A stretch of 60,998 bases of DNA, filler included, from Actinomycetales bacterium (GTDB taxonomy: Bacteria; Actinomycetota; Actinomycetes; Actinomycetales; CAVURS01): NCBI GenBank assembly GCA_045807245.1. It is 3 parts of 3 records of this genome, joined end to end, with 100 filler letters (N's around TTAATTAATTAA, not from the genome) between each part and the next. Parts side by side here need not be neighbours in the genome. Positions count along the whole stretch, not along the records: positions 46,128 to 60,998 come from JBJMHS010000028.1; 2 more parts are not named here. One strand, written 5' to 3'. Positions 59,992 through 60,998 of this stretch are shown here, piece after piece; the stretch's first letter is position 1; each line of letters begins with the position of its first letter. The position numbers and the translations under genes were made by a program. The notes under the pieces were generated by a model. The model saw nothing but the letters and a program-made list of their open reading frames with translations, had not been told where the DNA came from and did not search any database.

Positions 59992-60998
59992 GCGCTCACG
60001 GCGACCGCCGCCGCGCGGCGCGGGTCGGCCGCCGCGCTGAGGGTGCCGTCGGGCAGCGACAGCGCGCCTGCGACACCGCCGAAGAACATCGACGACGAGG
60101 GGTGCTCGTAGGTCGGCAACCCGAGGTCCGGCACCTGCAGGTCGGCCTCGTGGTCGATCCGCAGCGAGGGCCGGCCATGAGCGTCCTCGACGTGGCGCAG
60201 GTGCAGGCGCGGTGTGTCGACCGCTGCCTGCAGGTCGAGGCCGCCGAGGGCGTAGGCCCCGATCACCTGCAGCAGGGCGGTCGTGATCCGGTCGGCCCCG
60301 GGGCTGCCGATCGCCAGGACGGTGCCGTCGCTGCGCCGGGCCACGGACGGTGCCATGTTCGAGCCGAGCCGGGTCCCGGGCGCGAGCGCGTGCACGCCCC
60401 GCCGGTTCAGCTCGGGCTCGCCCAGGCAGTTGTTGAGCAGGATGCCGGTCCCGGGCACCGTCACACCGGACCCGTATCCCGCCGACGCCGTCGTCGCGCA
60501 GGCGACGCCGTTCTCGTCGACCGCCGAGACGTGGACGGTCGATGCCGACGCCTGGGCGACGGGGTCCCAGCCGCGGTCCACCATCTCGAGCAGCTCGCGC
60601 CCGGCGGCGTCCAGATCCTCCGCGACGTCCAGCACGTCCCGCCGGTGGTCCAGCACGGCGCGCTGGATCGCGACCAGGCGAGCCACGTCCTCGGGGTGTC
60701 CGGGGTGGTAGTCCGTGCGGGCGAGCAGGCTGAGCATGGCGGCCAGCACCGGCCCCCCGATCGAGGGCGGCGGGTTGGTGTGCATGGTCCAGTCCCGCAG
60801 CCGGACCGGGACGGAGGCTCGCACGGCTGGGGCGTACTCCGCCAGGTCGAGGGCCGTCACGAGCCCGCCGCGCGCGACCATGTCCGCCGCGAGGGCCTGG
60901 CCGATCGTGCCGCGGTACATCGCGTCCGGGCCCTCGACGGCGATGACCTCCAGGGCGGCGGCCAGGTCGTCGGAGCGCAGGGTGTCGCCGGTCAGGGC
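59988..60998 (-). CDS. ggt: Gamma-glutamyltransferase, C-terminal part (5' part at 15227-15914)
   Basis: PPPSIGG, S-TVHVSAVD nucleophile Thr, GYGSG, LLNNCLGE, GSPGADRI, ADPRR. Confidence 0.88.
   Translation of the reverse strand, partial: ALTGDTLRSDDLAAALEVIAVEGPDAMYRGTIGQALAADMVARGGLVTALDLAEYAPAVRASVPVRLRDWTMHTNPPPSIGGPVLAAMLSLLARTDYHPGHPEDVARLVAIQRAVLDHRRDVLDVAEDLDAAGRELLEMVDRGWDPVAQASASTVHVSAVDENGVACATTASAGYGSGVTVPGTGILLNNCLGEPELNRRGVHALAPGTRLGSNMAPSVARRSDGTVLAIGSPGADRITTALLQVIGAYALGGLDLQAAVDTPRLHLRHVEDAHGRPSLRIDHEADLQVPDLGLPTYEHPSSSMFFGGVAGALSLPDGTLSAAADPRRAAAVAVSA

Overview
High-GC actinomycete DNA made of three contigs (1-15126, 15227-46027, 46128-60998) joined by artificial 100-nt N/TTAATTAATTAA spacers. 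The last 133 nt of the window are identical to the first 133 nt of contig 2, so the real order is probably contig 3 then contig 2, with one gamma-glutamyltransferase gene split across the join. Contig 1 holds yqeY and a metallophosphoesterase, then an ~11.5-kb putative sulfated surface-polysaccharide locus (Wzz-like protein, epimerase, GT4, lipoprotein, tandem sulfotransferase, MurJ, Wzy/ligase-GT4 fusion). It ends with tRNA-Pro(CGG), a large serine recombinase whose ORF reads antisense through the tRNA, and an IS481-family element inserted at the recombinase's ribosome-binding site. Contigs 2 and 3 are mostly conserved backbone: atp operon, pduO, murA, nucS, ccr/mce/thiolase/meaB/icmA/meaA acyl-CoA genes, an ABC exporter and a CnoX-like protein. 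They also carry an esterase-esterase-ATP-grasp operon, an attenuator-controlled trpS and a DUF222/HNH gene. The most striking anomaly is nucS (mismatch-repair endonuclease). It has an in-frame duplicated, diverged catalytic motif and a 3' end with atypical codon usage, which looks like the scar of an element that integrates into nucS and supplies a replacement C-terminus. All product calls come from motif recognition by eye, without database searches.
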